This document shows positions 1-8,651 of a stretch of DNA of 64,000 bases, piece after piece. How positions within the stretch are numbered: position 1 is the stretch's first letter; the number at the start of each line of letters is the position of its first letter. The position numbers and the translations under genes are program-made. Under the pieces are notes generated by a model, which was not told the DNA's origin, did not search any database, and was given only the letters and a program-made list of their open reading frames with translations. Origin of the DNA: Thermoplasmata archaeon (GTDB taxonomy: Archaea; Thermoplasmatota; Thermoplasmata; Lutacidiplasmatales; UBA184); NCBI GenBank assembly GCA_035623855.1, contig DASPSQ010000005.1, forward strand, positions 2,093 through 66,092, given 5' to 3'.

Positions 1-1008
1 AAGACGTACGACCCGTACCCCATCAACATCCAGTCGGACACGTTCAGCTACCTGGGGCTACGCGGCTTCCTCGACGCGGCGTACCCGGACGCCACGATCC
101 AGTCGGAGTTCAATCAAATCCAGGGAATCGAGTACGGGTTCACGTACGGAGGGTTCATCCCCGAGTACATGGGAGACTACTATCCCACGAACATCACGTG
201 GCCAAACTACAACGTGACCTCGGGTCAGTTCGGTAACCCTTCGACGAACCCGTCGCAGGTCGGGTCGGCCGCGTGGTGGTGGGCACAGGTGACGTCCTCC
301 GGGTCGCAATTCTATGACCCGCAATTCGGATCGGGAGGCTACAGTTCGGCGAACCCGCTCCACGTCCCGGCACTGTACTTCCTGGGGGATCCGACCCACC
401 AATCGGTGCTGCAGCAGTGGAGCACCGAGGTCCAGAGCCTCACCGGCGGAGCGATCGTCTTCGACATCTTCCCCGTGGCCTCGGCTCTGGTCTTCTCGGA
501 GCTCCTGCCGGACGGCGGGACTCCGTGGGCGCTCTACTTCGATGCGTGGGAAGCGGACTACGCACAGCCGTACGACTACTGGGCGGCGTTCGGCGCGGCC
601 TCGGGGACGTATTCGGCCCCGAACACGTTCTACCTGACGTTCACCGAGGCGCAGTTCGACAACGCGGCGGTCTGTGGACACAGCGGCGTCTCGAGTTGGT
701 CGAACCTCACGTACTGGGCGAGCCAGCCGTACATCCCACAGGACTGCCAAGGGGTGGCGTATCTCGTCCTCCAGTACTGGGCGACCGTGGCGAACTCGAA
801 CCTGAACCTGGCGCAGGGGGCGCTCCAGTGGAACCGGATCTCGGCGGTCTACAACCTACTGAACCTCGCGGTGGACACGGACCAGATGAACACGTTCCAG
901 TTCGTCGGCCCGTGGATCAACCTCTCCACGCTGGACGCGAGCTCCCTCAACGGGTACCCGGGCGGCGAGGAGGTCTGGTACACCGTTCAGGGGAACGGAG
1001 TCAGCTAG
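1..1008 (+). CDS. Hypothetical Trp/Tyr/Asn-rich secreted or surface protein. The 5' end is truncated by the window edge: the frame is open from nt 1.
   Basis: Frame 1 is open from position 1 through the stop at 1006-1008. Composition is aromatic/Asn/Ser/Gly-rich with N-x-S/T sequons, typical of archaeal surface proteins. It is convergent with two downstream membrane/pilin-like genes. Confidence 0.45.
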   Translation, partial: KTYDPYPINIQSDTFSYLGLRGFLDAAYPDATIQSEFNQIQGIEYGFTYGGFIPEYMGDYYPTNITWPNYNVTSGQFGNPSTNPSQVGSAAWWWAQVTSSGSQFYDPQFGSGGYSSANPLHVPALYFLGDPTHQSVLQQWSTEVQSLTGGAIVFDIFPVASALVFSELLPDGGTPWALYFDAWEADYAQPYDYWAAFGAASGTYSAPNTFYLTFTEAQFDNAAVCGHSGVSSWSNLTYWASQPYIPQDCQGVAYLVLQYWATVANSNLNLAQGALQWNRISAVYNLLNLAVDTDQMNTFQFVGPWINLSTLDASSLNGYPGGEEVWYTVQGNGVS

Positions 1009-1032
1009 GTCGGGAAGCTGGTCATCGACTCC

Positions 1033-1049
1033 CGCCCTCGACGAGGGCG
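1033..1049 (+). terminator. Perfect 8-bp inverted repeat (cgccctcg-a-cgagggcg) 25 nt downstream of the stop of the first gene; it would most likely fold as a ~6-bp stem with a larger loop. It is followed by a pyrimidine-rich tract. Terminator-like hairpin.
   Basis: Direct reading of the sequence shows an exact reverse-complement stem. Confidence 0.25.
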
Positions 1050-1308
1050 AAACCCCTTCCTTCCACCCCGTGAGCCGGGGTCCGATTCCCTCCGGACGAG
1101 GCGACGTGCCGGAGTGCCACCGAACCATCTCACGGCCCAACTCGCGACGTGAACCCCTTCCTTGCCGGGCCGTGACGCGGAAGAGCTTCGTCACCGACGG
1201 CCGGGACCGCGCGCTGAGAGACCACCGTGAACTCGACTCGCTCTCGGCCCCGGCGACTAACGAGTCGTGCGAGGGCGACCTCGCGCGGTCTCCAAGCAGA
1301 GCGAGGGA

Positions 1309-1325
1309 CCGCCCGCCTCGGGCGG
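1309..1325 (-). terminator. Inverted repeat ccgcccg-cct-cgggcgg, 26 nt downstream of the stop of the minus-strand gene 1351..1905. Terminator-like hairpin.
   Basis: Exact 7-bp stem with a 3-nt loop, seen directly in the sequence. Confidence 0.25.
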
Positions 1326-1350
1326 CCGGACCTGGGGTCGGGAACCCCGA

Positions 1351-1905
1351 CTACGGAGGAGGCGCGTTCAGGGCGTCGAGGGTGATCAGGAGGACATAGG
1401 AAGCGTCGTTCGAAACGCTGGGGGCGTCCACGGCGACGTGAAACACGAAGTCGTCGACGCCGACCGGAGTGGTGGGAAGTGTCGGGACGGTGTACGCGAT
1501 CGAGAATGGAGAGTCGGCAGTCGCAGTGAAGATCGTCTTGTTCGAGGTCGCAAGGAGCGTGACCTGAACGGTGAAGACGCCCCCGGAAGGGACCTGGGCC
1601 GGTAGCCCGTCCTCGTCGGTCTCATTGATCGTGCTGTTCCCGAACCAGCCGTGGCCGTTGGAATCCGTTCCTTGCTCGATCGTCCACCGGACCTCGGTGA
1701 TGGTGACGGTCGGCTTCCCGGGTGTTGGCAGGACCAGCGTACCGAGGCCGATCAGGACCAGCAGCAGGATGACGAACGCCGCCATGATGACGATCCCGAT
1801 GCGCAGGAGGCCGACTCGACTTCGCCACCCTCGCCGACGGGGGGGTTGGCCGGCTCCGGACCCGGGACCGGAATCGCCCACCGTACTTGGGCCTCCCTCG
1901 TTCAC
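1351..1905 (-). CDS. Hypothetical membrane-anchored protein. It has an N-terminal Arg-rich segment followed by one hydrophobic helix and may carry a class-III/signal-anchor type signal.
   Basis: The N-terminus reads RRRGWRSRVGLLRIGIVIMAAFVILLLVLIGLGTLVL, followed by a Thr/Ser/Asn-rich beta-type ectodomain. It is adjacent to and co-directional with the pilin-like gene. Confidence 0.4.
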   Translation of the reverse strand: MNEGGPSTVGDSGPGSGAGQPPRRRGWRSRVGLLRIGIVIMAAFVILLLVLIGLGTLVLPTPGKPTVTITEVRWTIEQGTDSNGHGWFGNSTINETDEDGLPAQVPSGGVFTVQVTLLATSNKTIFTATADSPFSIAYTVPTLPTTPVGVDDFVFHVAVDAPSVSNDASYVLLITLDALNAPPP

Positions 1906-1916
1906 CCGCGACTCGA

Positions 1917-2831
1917 CTACAGGGGAGCGAGCGTAGCGACCGGGATCTCCGCCAGCACCGCGGACGGACTACCGGTGTAGGAGACGATAATCTTGCAGAT
2001 GGCGTCGTTGGAGAAGCACCAGGGCGGCGCGCCATGATAATCGTCGTAATCGAGCTGAGGGTGGCCGAGCGAGAACGGCGCGGGACAGTAGGAGGTAGGG
2101 TACCAGCTGTAACCCCCGAGGTCCGCCGCGACGCACAGGAACGTGACGGGGTACCCACCGTAGTGGAGGTAGAGGTAGAACGTGTCGCCAACGGTGAGGG
2201 ACGACTCGCCCGATCTCAGCGGATCGAAGAACCCCAGCCGGTTGTAGAGCGTTCCGTTCGCGGGAGTGAGACCTCTCACGAACGACCAACCCCCGGCATC
2301 AAAGTTCCCGCAGTACCCGAGGCTGGGCGCGTCCGGAGCGGGTTGGGTCGAGAGACCCGGGAACCACGTCATCGACGCGAGGGTCCCGCTGACGAGGGCT
2401 GTGGTGCCCCCGGCCGACGTGGAATTGTAGCAGATAAACGAGAACTGGACCTGATCGAGGGAAAGGGGAGCGGCAGAGGAGATCGATGAGACCACGATCT
2501 CGGTCGCATTCATCACCGAGAAGTTCCCCGTCGCGGTCTCGTAGCATTCCGCGTACCAATCATCGCTCCACGTTTGGTACTCGTCGGACGAGAGAGGATA
2601 GTCTGCAAGGGTGTATCCCGTCGGCTGACAGTCGGTAGGATCCCCCCACGCCGGGCTACTGCTCCCCGAACGGACCAAGAAATTCACAATGGGTGTCGAG
2701 GGCGGGGTGTAGATGCGGAAGCTCCAGAGGATCGCCCCGGCCACGATCGTGAGGCCGATCAACAGGATTGCGCCGATGATCTCCGCGACTCCTTTGTGGT
2801 GTCGGCGACGGCGCCAGTGACGAGAAGCCAT
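1917..2831 (-). CDS. Archaeal type-IV-pilin-like protein with a class III signal peptide. Alternative start at 2858.
   Basis: The N-terminus MASRHWRRRRHHKG|VAEIIGAILLIGLTIVAGAILW is a basic stretch followed by a Gly and a hydrophobic helix, which is typical of a prepilin peptidase (PibD/FlaK) substrate. The remainder is a Ser/Thr/Gly/Tyr-rich extracellular domain. A TAGATAT-like element lies ~25 nt upstream of the ATG at 2831. Confidence 0.45.
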   Translation of the reverse strand: MASRHWRRRRHHKGVAEIIGAILLIGLTIVAGAILWSFRIYTPPSTPIVNFLVRSGSSSPAWGDPTDCQPTGYTLADYPLSSDEYQTWSDDWYAECYETATGNFSVMNATEIVVSSISSAAPLSLDQVQFSFICYNSTSAGGTTALVSGTLASMTWFPGLSTQPAPDAPSLGYCGNFDAGGWSFVRGLTPANGTLYNRLGFFDPLRSGESSLTVGDTFYLYLHYGGYPVTFLCVAADLGGYSWYPTSYCPAPFSLGHPQLDYDDYHGAPPWCFSNDAICKIIVSYTGSPSAVLAEIPVATLAPL

Positions 2832-2968
2832 CCACTGTTGACTTCGTGGAAGGAGCATATCTAACTTACGTTTTCAGCCCGATCGCCTTCCAGGGAGCAG
2901 AACGGAAGCCGGGATCGTGGGACGGAGGGCGATGGGAGCCCCCCGTCCGGGAGGATCCGGGCCCTCCG

Positions 2969-4597
2969 CTAGCCCATGAACGGGCGACGCCAATCGTCGG
3001 GGAGAATCGCGCTCTCCTTGATGTTTCGCGGAGAGAGCCACCGGAGGAGGTTCAGCATCGAGCCGGCTTTGTCGTTCGTCCCGGATCTCCGGGCCCCCCC
3101 GAACGGCTGTCGGGAGACGATCGCGCCCGTCGGCTTGTCGTTGATGTAGAAGTTGCCGGCACTCCATCGAAGGACCCTCTCGGCTTCCGCAACAGCGGCC
3201 GTGTCCCGCCCGAAGACCGCTCCGGTCAGAGCGTACGGCGAGGTCGAACTGCAGAGCTCAAGGGTCTCCCCGTACTTCGCGTCGGGATAGACATATACGG
3301 TCAGGACGGGTCCAAAGATCTCTTCGGACATCAGCCTCCCTCCCGGGTCGAGGGAACGGATCACCGTCGGTCGGACGAACCATCCTTTGGAGGAGTCGTG
3401 CTCACCCCCGACCACAAACTGATACTCCTTCGGGTGCGCCGTCGCGAAGTCGAGGTAGTTCACGATGTTGCGGTACGCGGGTTCGTCGATGGCCGCGCCC
3501 AGGAGGTTCGAGAGTTCCTCGGTCGGTCCCATCGTCACCTTGGGGACTTCGACCTGCAGGATGCGCTCCATCTCCGGCCAGCGACTTTCGGGGATGTAGG
3601 CGCGAGAGCACGCCGAGCACTTCTGTCCCTGGTACTCGAACGCACCACGGATGAGGTTCATCGCCGTGCCTCGCGTCTCCGCCGAGGGATGCATGAAGAT
3701 GAAGTCCTTCCCTCCCGTCTCGCCGACGATCCGAGGAAAATTGCGGTACTTTTCGAGATTTTGTCCGACACGCTTCCAGATGCTCACGAGCGTATCGTAA
3801 CTCCCGGTGAAATGGACCCCGGCGAGGGCCGGGTGATCGAGCACCACGTTCGCGTCTCGGCTCTGGAACGGAACGAAGTTGATCACCCCGGGCGGGAGAC
3901 CCGCATCGACCAGAGTACGGAAAATCTCGAAATTCGAGAAGATCACCGATCGGGCCGGCTTCCACAGAGCGACGTTCCCGACCATCGCCGGGGCGGTGGG
4001 GAGATTGCCGGCGATGGAGTAGAAGTTGAACGGCGGGACGGCGAGGACGAATCCTTCGAGGGGTCGCCAATCGAAGCGGTTCGTCTCTCCCGGGTACTGG
4101 TACGGCTGCATCTCGTAGATCTGCCGGGTGAAGTACGCGTTGAAATTCCAGAAGTCCACCAGCTCCGCGAGGTCGATCTCCGCTTCGTACGGATTCTTCG
4201 AATGATTGAGCATGATCGCCGCGATATTCCGGGTCCGGCGGGGTCCCGCGAGCAGGGTCGCAGCCTTCTGGAAGACCGAGACCCGGTAGTACCAGTCCAT
4301 CTCGGCCCACTTCGCTTGAGCGGCCAGAGCGCTGTTGATCGCCGCACGGATCTCCTTCTCACCGGCGATGTGGGCCCGTGCGAGGATCGTGTGCGTATCG
4401 TGCGGGCAGTGAACGTCGACCAGGTTCCCCGACCGGACCGGGTTCCCGCCGATGACGAGCGGAATCTCGACGGTCTCCGTGCGCATCCGATCCAGCTCGC
4501 TCAGCAATCGCTCCCGATCCGGAGAGTTCGGCGCGTAGGATCGAATGGTATTGACGTCGTTCAGGGGCCGTTCCACGTTCCACGCCATGCAGCCCAT
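2969..4597 (-). CDS. 1-pyrroline-5-carboxylate dehydrogenase (L-glutamate gamma-semialdehyde dehydrogenase, ALDH superfamily). Alternative starts: ATG at 4588 and GTG at 4648.
   Basis: The ALDH fold is present, and the C-terminal FGGARRSGTNDKAG motif and overall P5CDH-like sequence (NFNAYF, GETGGKDF, EYQGQKCSA) match. It is adjacent to the proline dehydrogenase genes. Confidence 0.8.
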   Translation of the reverse strand: MGCMAWNVERPLNDVNTIRSYAPNSPDRERLLSELDRMRTETVEIPLVIGGNPVRSGNLVDVHCPHDTHTILARAHIAGEKEIRAAINSALAAQAKWAEMDWYYRVSVFQKAATLLAGPRRTRNIAAIMLNHSKNPYEAEIDLAELVDFWNFNAYFTRQIYEMQPYQYPGETNRFDWRPLEGFVLAVPPFNFYSIAGNLPTAPAMVGNVALWKPARSVIFSNFEIFRTLVDAGLPPGVINFVPFQSRDANVVLDHPALAGVHFTGSYDTLVSIWKRVGQNLEKYRNFPRIVGETGGKDFIFMHPSAETRGTAMNLIRGAFEYQGQKCSACSRAYIPESRWPEMERILQVEVPKVTMGPTEELSNLLGAAIDEPAYRNIVNYLDFATAHPKEYQFVVGGEHDSSKGWFVRPTVIRSLDPGGRLMSEEIFGPVLTVYVYPDAKYGETLELCSSTSPYALTGAVFGRDTAAVAEAERVLRWSAGNFYINDKPTGAIVSRQPFGGARRSGTNDKAGSMLNLLRWLSPRNIKESAILPDDWRRPFMG

Positions 4598-4782
4598 GAG
4601 TCGTCGAAATGTGCTAAATGTTACGGACTCCCTGCGAGCCGATATCACTTCGCAGTGAAAGGAAACGGGAGCGGCATCGGCGAACGCATTGCTCCCGGAC
4701 CTCTAAGGCAGTTCCGAGGGCGGTCCCGTCGAATCTTCTTGATGGCGGGTTAATCCCCGAGCCCCGTCTCGTATGGTTGACG

Positions 4783-6894
4783 ATGGAAGCCGAGTCGGCG
4801 GGCGGGCAGCATCGGATCACCTCGCATCCGGTTCTCGATATACCGGACCATCCCGCGATGGTCGAGTTCACGTTCGAGGGCCGACGACTCCGTGGCCGGG
4901 ACGCGGAGATGATCTCCTCGGCGCTCTTCGCCAACGGGATCCAGTGTTTCGGGCAGCACCCTCGGGACGGCTCCCCTCAGGGAATCTTCTGCGCGAACGG
5001 TCAATGCTCTCAATGTCTCGTCTTGGCCGACGGGATTCCCGTCAAAGCGTGCGTGACGGCCCTCCGGCCGGATATGGACGTCCTTCCTCTCAGCGCGTTG
5101 CCCACGTTGAAGGCGGACGACCAGCCCGTCCGCGGGCGAGGAGACACGCCGAAGGTCGAGACCGACGTGCTGATCATCGGCGGTGGGCCAGCGGGACTGA
5201 CCGCGGCGATCGAGCTCGGCCAGCATCGGGTGCCGACGATCCTCTGCGATGACAAGGCGACGCTCGGGGGAAAGCTCGGGCTCCAAACCCACAACTTCTT
5301 CGGCTCCGTTCGGGACTGTTACGCCGGTCAGCGCGGTCTCGAAATCGGCCGTCGGCTCGAGCACGATGCGCGGGCGGCGGAGTCGCTCGACGTCTGGCTC
5401 GATTCCCCGGTGGTCGGCGTGTTTTGCGACGGGTACGTGGGCGTGGTGCGGCAGGGCCGGTTCACGCTCGTGAGACCGAAGCGAATGCTGATCGCCGCGG
5501 GGGCGCGAGAGAAGATGCTCGCCTTTCCGGGGGCGGACCTCCCCGGAGTGTACGGTGCCGGGGCGTTCCAGACGCTCGTGAATCGGGATCTGATCCGCCC
5601 CTCCCAGCGGCTCTTCATCGTGGGGGGCGGGAACGTCGGCCTGATCGTTGCATACCAAGCCCTCCAGGCCGGTATTGACGTCGTCGGGCTGGTGGAAGTC
5701 CTCCCCCAGTGTGGGGGCTACAAGGTGCATCTCGACAAGATTCGCCGTCTCGGTGTCCCGGTATTCCCCTCCCACACGGTCGTCCGTGCTGAAGGTACGG
5801 CCCGCGTTGAACGGGTGATCGTCGCCCCCGTCGACGCGGAACTGCGTCCCCGGCCGGGCACGGAACGGGTCTTCGACGTCGACACGGTCCTCATCGCAGT
5901 GGGGCTCGCTCCGGTCAACGAGCTGTTCGAGGAGGGTCGACGTGCCGGGATCGGCGTCTACGCCGCAGGGGACGCGCACGAGATTGCGGAGGCGTCCGCG
6001 GCGATGTTCTCCGGAAAAATCATCGCTCGGACGATCCTCAAGGAGATGGGGTTTCCCGTCGAGGTTCCTGAAGAGTGGCGATCCACCCAGGCCATGCTCA
6101 GTTCCCATCCGGGCCCGATCATCGGCTCGTACCCGCCACCGGAAGGCAAACCCGTCTACCCGATCATCCGTTGTCCCCAGGAGATCCCGTGCAACCCCTG
6201 TACCGAGGCCTGCATCACCGGCGGGATCGTGATTCCCGAGGGAAACCTCCTCGGCCGGCCGCGACTCGTCGGAGACTGCGTCGGATGCCTCAAGTGCCTT
6301 GCCGTGTGCCCCGGACTCGCCATCTCCCTGGTCGACCGGCGCCACGACCCATCCGAACGCTTCGCGAGGGTGACGTTGGCTTGGGAGATGCCCGAGGGTC
6401 TCGTGAAACCTGGAATGGACGTACCGACGACCGGGGCCGACGGCGAACCCATTGGATCGGCTCGAGTGGTTCGGGTCCTCTCAGGTAAGGCGCTGAATCG
6501 TCGGCGGATGCTGGTGGTCGACGTCCCGACGGCCGAGGCGGACCGTGTGGCAGGAATCCGGATTCGCACGCCCGGGGAAGGAGCCCCGGTGGGGCTCCTC
6601 ACGCAGCCCTCGGACTCGGACGTGATTGTTTGCCGGTGTGAGCGGATCACCAAGGACGCAGTCCGGGAGTACATCCAAGCCACCGGCGCCCGCGACATCA
6701 ACGCGATCAAGGCGGGGCTGCGGTGCGGCATGGGCCCGTGCGGCGGGAAGACGTGCGGGGATCTGATCGGCCAGGTGTTCCGCGAGTTGGGGATTCCGAG
6801 GGCCGAGATCCAGCCCCCGGTCCGGCGGCCGTTCACCCAGGAGGTACCGCTCCGATCGTTCCTCGAGGAGGGAACCGATGAAGCCGGAGCATGA
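4783..6894 (+). CDS. L-proline dehydrogenase alpha-like subunit (opine/sarcosine oxidase alpha family), a multi-domain fusion: N-terminal [2Fe-2S] domain, FAD/NAD(P) pyridine-nucleotide-disulfide oxidoreductase domain, 2x[4Fe-4S] ferredoxin-like motif and a BFD-like [2Fe-2S] domain.
   Basis: Motifs include VEFTFEGRRL…CANGQCSQC; GxGxxG-type VLIIGGGPAGLTAA and IVGGGNVGL; CPQEIPCNPCTEAC…CVGCLKCLAVCP; and CRCERITKDAVREY…CGMGPCGGKTC. The ORF in the track starts at 4618, but I prefer the in-frame ATG at 4783. Confidence 0.7.
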   Translation: MEAESAGGQHRITSHPVLDIPDHPAMVEFTFEGRRLRGRDAEMISSALFANGIQCFGQHPRDGSPQGIFCANGQCSQCLVLADGIPVKACVTALRPDMDVLPLSALPTLKADDQPVRGRGDTPKVETDVLIIGGGPAGLTAAIELGQHRVPTILCDDKATLGGKLGLQTHNFFGSVRDCYAGQRGLEIGRRLEHDARAAESLDVWLDSPVVGVFCDGYVGVVRQGRFTLVRPKRMLIAAGAREKMLAFPGADLPGVYGAGAFQTLVNRDLIRPSQRLFIVGGGNVGLIVAYQALQAGIDVVGLVEVLPQCGGYKVHLDKIRRLGVPVFPSHTVVRAEGTARVERVIVAPVDAELRPRPGTERVFDVDTVLIAVGLAPVNELFEEGRRAGIGVYAAGDAHEIAEASAAMFSGKIIARTILKEMGFPVEVPEEWRSTQAMLSSHPGPIIGSYPPPEGKPVYPIIRCPQEIPCNPCTEACITGGIVIPEGNLLGRPRLVGDCVGCLKCLAVCPGLAISLVDRRHDPSERFARVTLAWEMPEGLVKPGMDVPTTGADGEPIGSARVVRVLSGKALNRRRMLVVDVPTAEADRVAGIRIRTPGEGAPVGLLTQPSDSDVIVCRCERITKDAVREYIQATGARDINAIKAGLRCGMGPCGGKTCGDLIGQVFRELGIPRAEIQPPVRRPFTQEVPLRSFLEEGTDEAGA

Positions 6895-8044
6895 TGCGAT
6901 CGTCATCGGAGCGGGCTCGGTGGGCAACCCGGCCGCGTATTTCCTCGCCCGAGAGGGCCTTCGTCCGCTCGTCCTCGACGAACTGTCCTCCTCTGGACAG
7001 GGTCAGAACAAGGCCGCGATCGGAGGGGTCCGTGCGACCCATTCGGATCCGGCCAAGATTCGACTGTGCCAAGAGAGCATCGAGATCTTCTCGACCTGGC
7101 AGGAGACGACCGGGACCAGCATCGGGTGGAAACGGGGAGGGTACTGTTTTCCAGCGTTCGACGAGAAGGTTGAATCGACGATCCAAGGCCTCCTTCCGAT
7201 TCAGAAGCGGTTCCGGCTCAACATCGATTGGGTCGACTCGAGCTCGATCCAACGGGTCGTTCCGGGGATCAACCCTCGGGGCTTGCGGGGCGGGACCTAC
7301 TCGCCAGATGATGGGCAGGCGAACCCACTCCTTGTCTCGGAGTCGTTCACGCACGAGGCAGTTCGTCTTGGGGCGACGTACCATTACCGGGAGCCTGTGA
7401 CGTCGTTGATCCGCGAGAATCATACGGTCGTTGGGGTCCGTACCCCGAAAGAGGAGTACCGAGCGAAGGTGGTCGTCATTGCCGCGGGCGCCCACGCGAG
7501 TCCGATCTGTGCCACCGTCGGCCTCGACCTTCCGGTGACCCCCGACAGCCACGAGGCAGGAATTTCGGCCCCGGTGGCCCCGTTCCTGGATCCGTTGGTC
7601 GTCGATCTCCGGCCCGGAGCCGAAGGTAAATCGAGCAACTTCTACTTCGGTCAGAATTCGGAGGGCCAGATCATCTTCTGCTACACTCCCCGGACTCCCA
7701 TCCTGGGCGAGAACCGGATCTCGACCTCCGAATTCATGCCGACGATCGCGGCCCGTCTCGTGGAGGTCATCCCGCGATTCAAGAATCTCACGATCCGCCG
7801 AATCTGGCGCGGGCTCTACCCGATGACCCCGGACGGAATCCCGATCGTCGGTAGGGCCCCCGGACTCGAGGGGTTGTATCTCGCGATCGGCATGTGCGGT
7901 CAGGGGTTCATGCTCGGACCCGGGGTCGGAAGGAGCCTCGCGTCGCTCATCGTGCACGGAAGGCCGTGCATCGACCCCGAGATCTTCGACTTGCTGAGTC
8001 CTTCCCGGGACCTAGGCAGGGGTAAGCGCGAGACCCTCAAGTGA
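6878..8044 (+). CDS. L-proline dehydrogenase beta subunit (FAD-dependent oxidoreductase, DAO/sarcosine oxidase beta family).
   Basis: The N-terminal dinucleotide-binding motif DAIVIGAGSVGNPAAYFLAREG is present and the fold is DAO-like. Its start overlaps the alpha-subunit stop by 17 nt, indicating translational coupling. Confidence 0.8.
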   Translation: MKPEHDAIVIGAGSVGNPAAYFLAREGLRPLVLDELSSSGQGQNKAAIGGVRATHSDPAKIRLCQESIEIFSTWQETTGTSIGWKRGGYCFPAFDEKVESTIQGLLPIQKRFRLNIDWVDSSSIQRVVPGINPRGLRGGTYSPDDGQANPLLVSESFTHEAVRLGATYHYREPVTSLIRENHTVVGVRTPKEEYRAKVVVIAAGAHASPICATVGLDLPVTPDSHEAGISAPVAPFLDPLVVDLRPGAEGKSSNFYFGQNSEGQIIFCYTPRTPILGENRISTSEFMPTIAARLVEVIPRFKNLTIRRIWRGLYPMTPDGIPIVGRAPGLEGLYLAIGMCGQGFMLGPGVGRSLASLIVHGRPCIDPEIFDLLSPSRDLGRGKRETLK

Positions 8045-8213
8045 TTCCCACGGTTGCGTCACCGTAGAACCAACCCGTCGGGCCGATACCGACGCCCCTT
8101 CCGAGGATCCCATCCATGCGCGGCGACCCGGATTCGTGCGGTGCACGGGGCGGATCCGAAGCGCACAGCCTACATCCTTCGCGAACTGTCCTCCTCGGGT
8201 AGATCGAGCGCCC

Positions 8214-8651
8214 ATGGACGCGGGTTCGAGGGGTCCGGAAGAGACAGCGAGGCACGGGATCGCGGAGGGAAGGTCCCGGGCGGGACCTTCGGCCATCCTT
8301 CGGAAGGCGTTCGGACCCCTTCTGGCGTATCACGTTCTGATTCTGGGTGGTGCGTTCCTCGTTGGCTGGGGAATCTCCGTCGGCTCCCGAGCGGGTCTCG
8401 TGATCGGGCTCGCGCTGATCGTCCTGGGAATCGGGGTCGAAGTCGCCGTGCTCGTGTGGTCGGCAGGTCTTACGATACGGAGCGCACGGACTCCGAGCTG
8501 GTCCCGACGGGAGGGGACCACACCGGGTCCGACGGGAATCGGTCCCAGCCTCTGCACCGGATGTGGCTGGTCCGGTTCAGTGGGTCGGTCGATCTGTCCT
8601 CGATGCGGAAAGGTCCTCATCCGGGGGGCGAAAGTCGCGGGCGGAGTCTAG
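8214..8651 (+). CDS. Hypothetical small membrane protein with a C-terminal zinc ribbon. Uncertain gene: the start is arbitrary and it overlaps the 3' end of the convergent GNAT gene.
   Basis: Two hydrophobic helices (LILGGAFLVGWGISVG, LVIGLALIVLGIGVEVAVLVW) are followed by CTGCGWSGSVGRSICPRCG. Many Arg-rich shadow ORFs occupy the same region. Confidence 0.3.
   Translation: MDAGSRGPEETARHGIAEGRSRAGPSAILRKAFGPLLAYHVLILGGAFLVGWGISVGSRAGLVIGLALIVLGIGVEVAVLVWSAGLTIRSARTPSWSRREGTTPGPTGIGPSLCTGCGWSGSVGRSICPRCGKVLIRGAKVAGGV

Noticed and set aside
58-1194. Several overlapping ORFs (58..750 minus, 314..637 plus, 417..1073 plus, 856..1194 minus).
   Set aside because: All overlap the 1..1008 surface-protein frame and are Arg-rich shadows.
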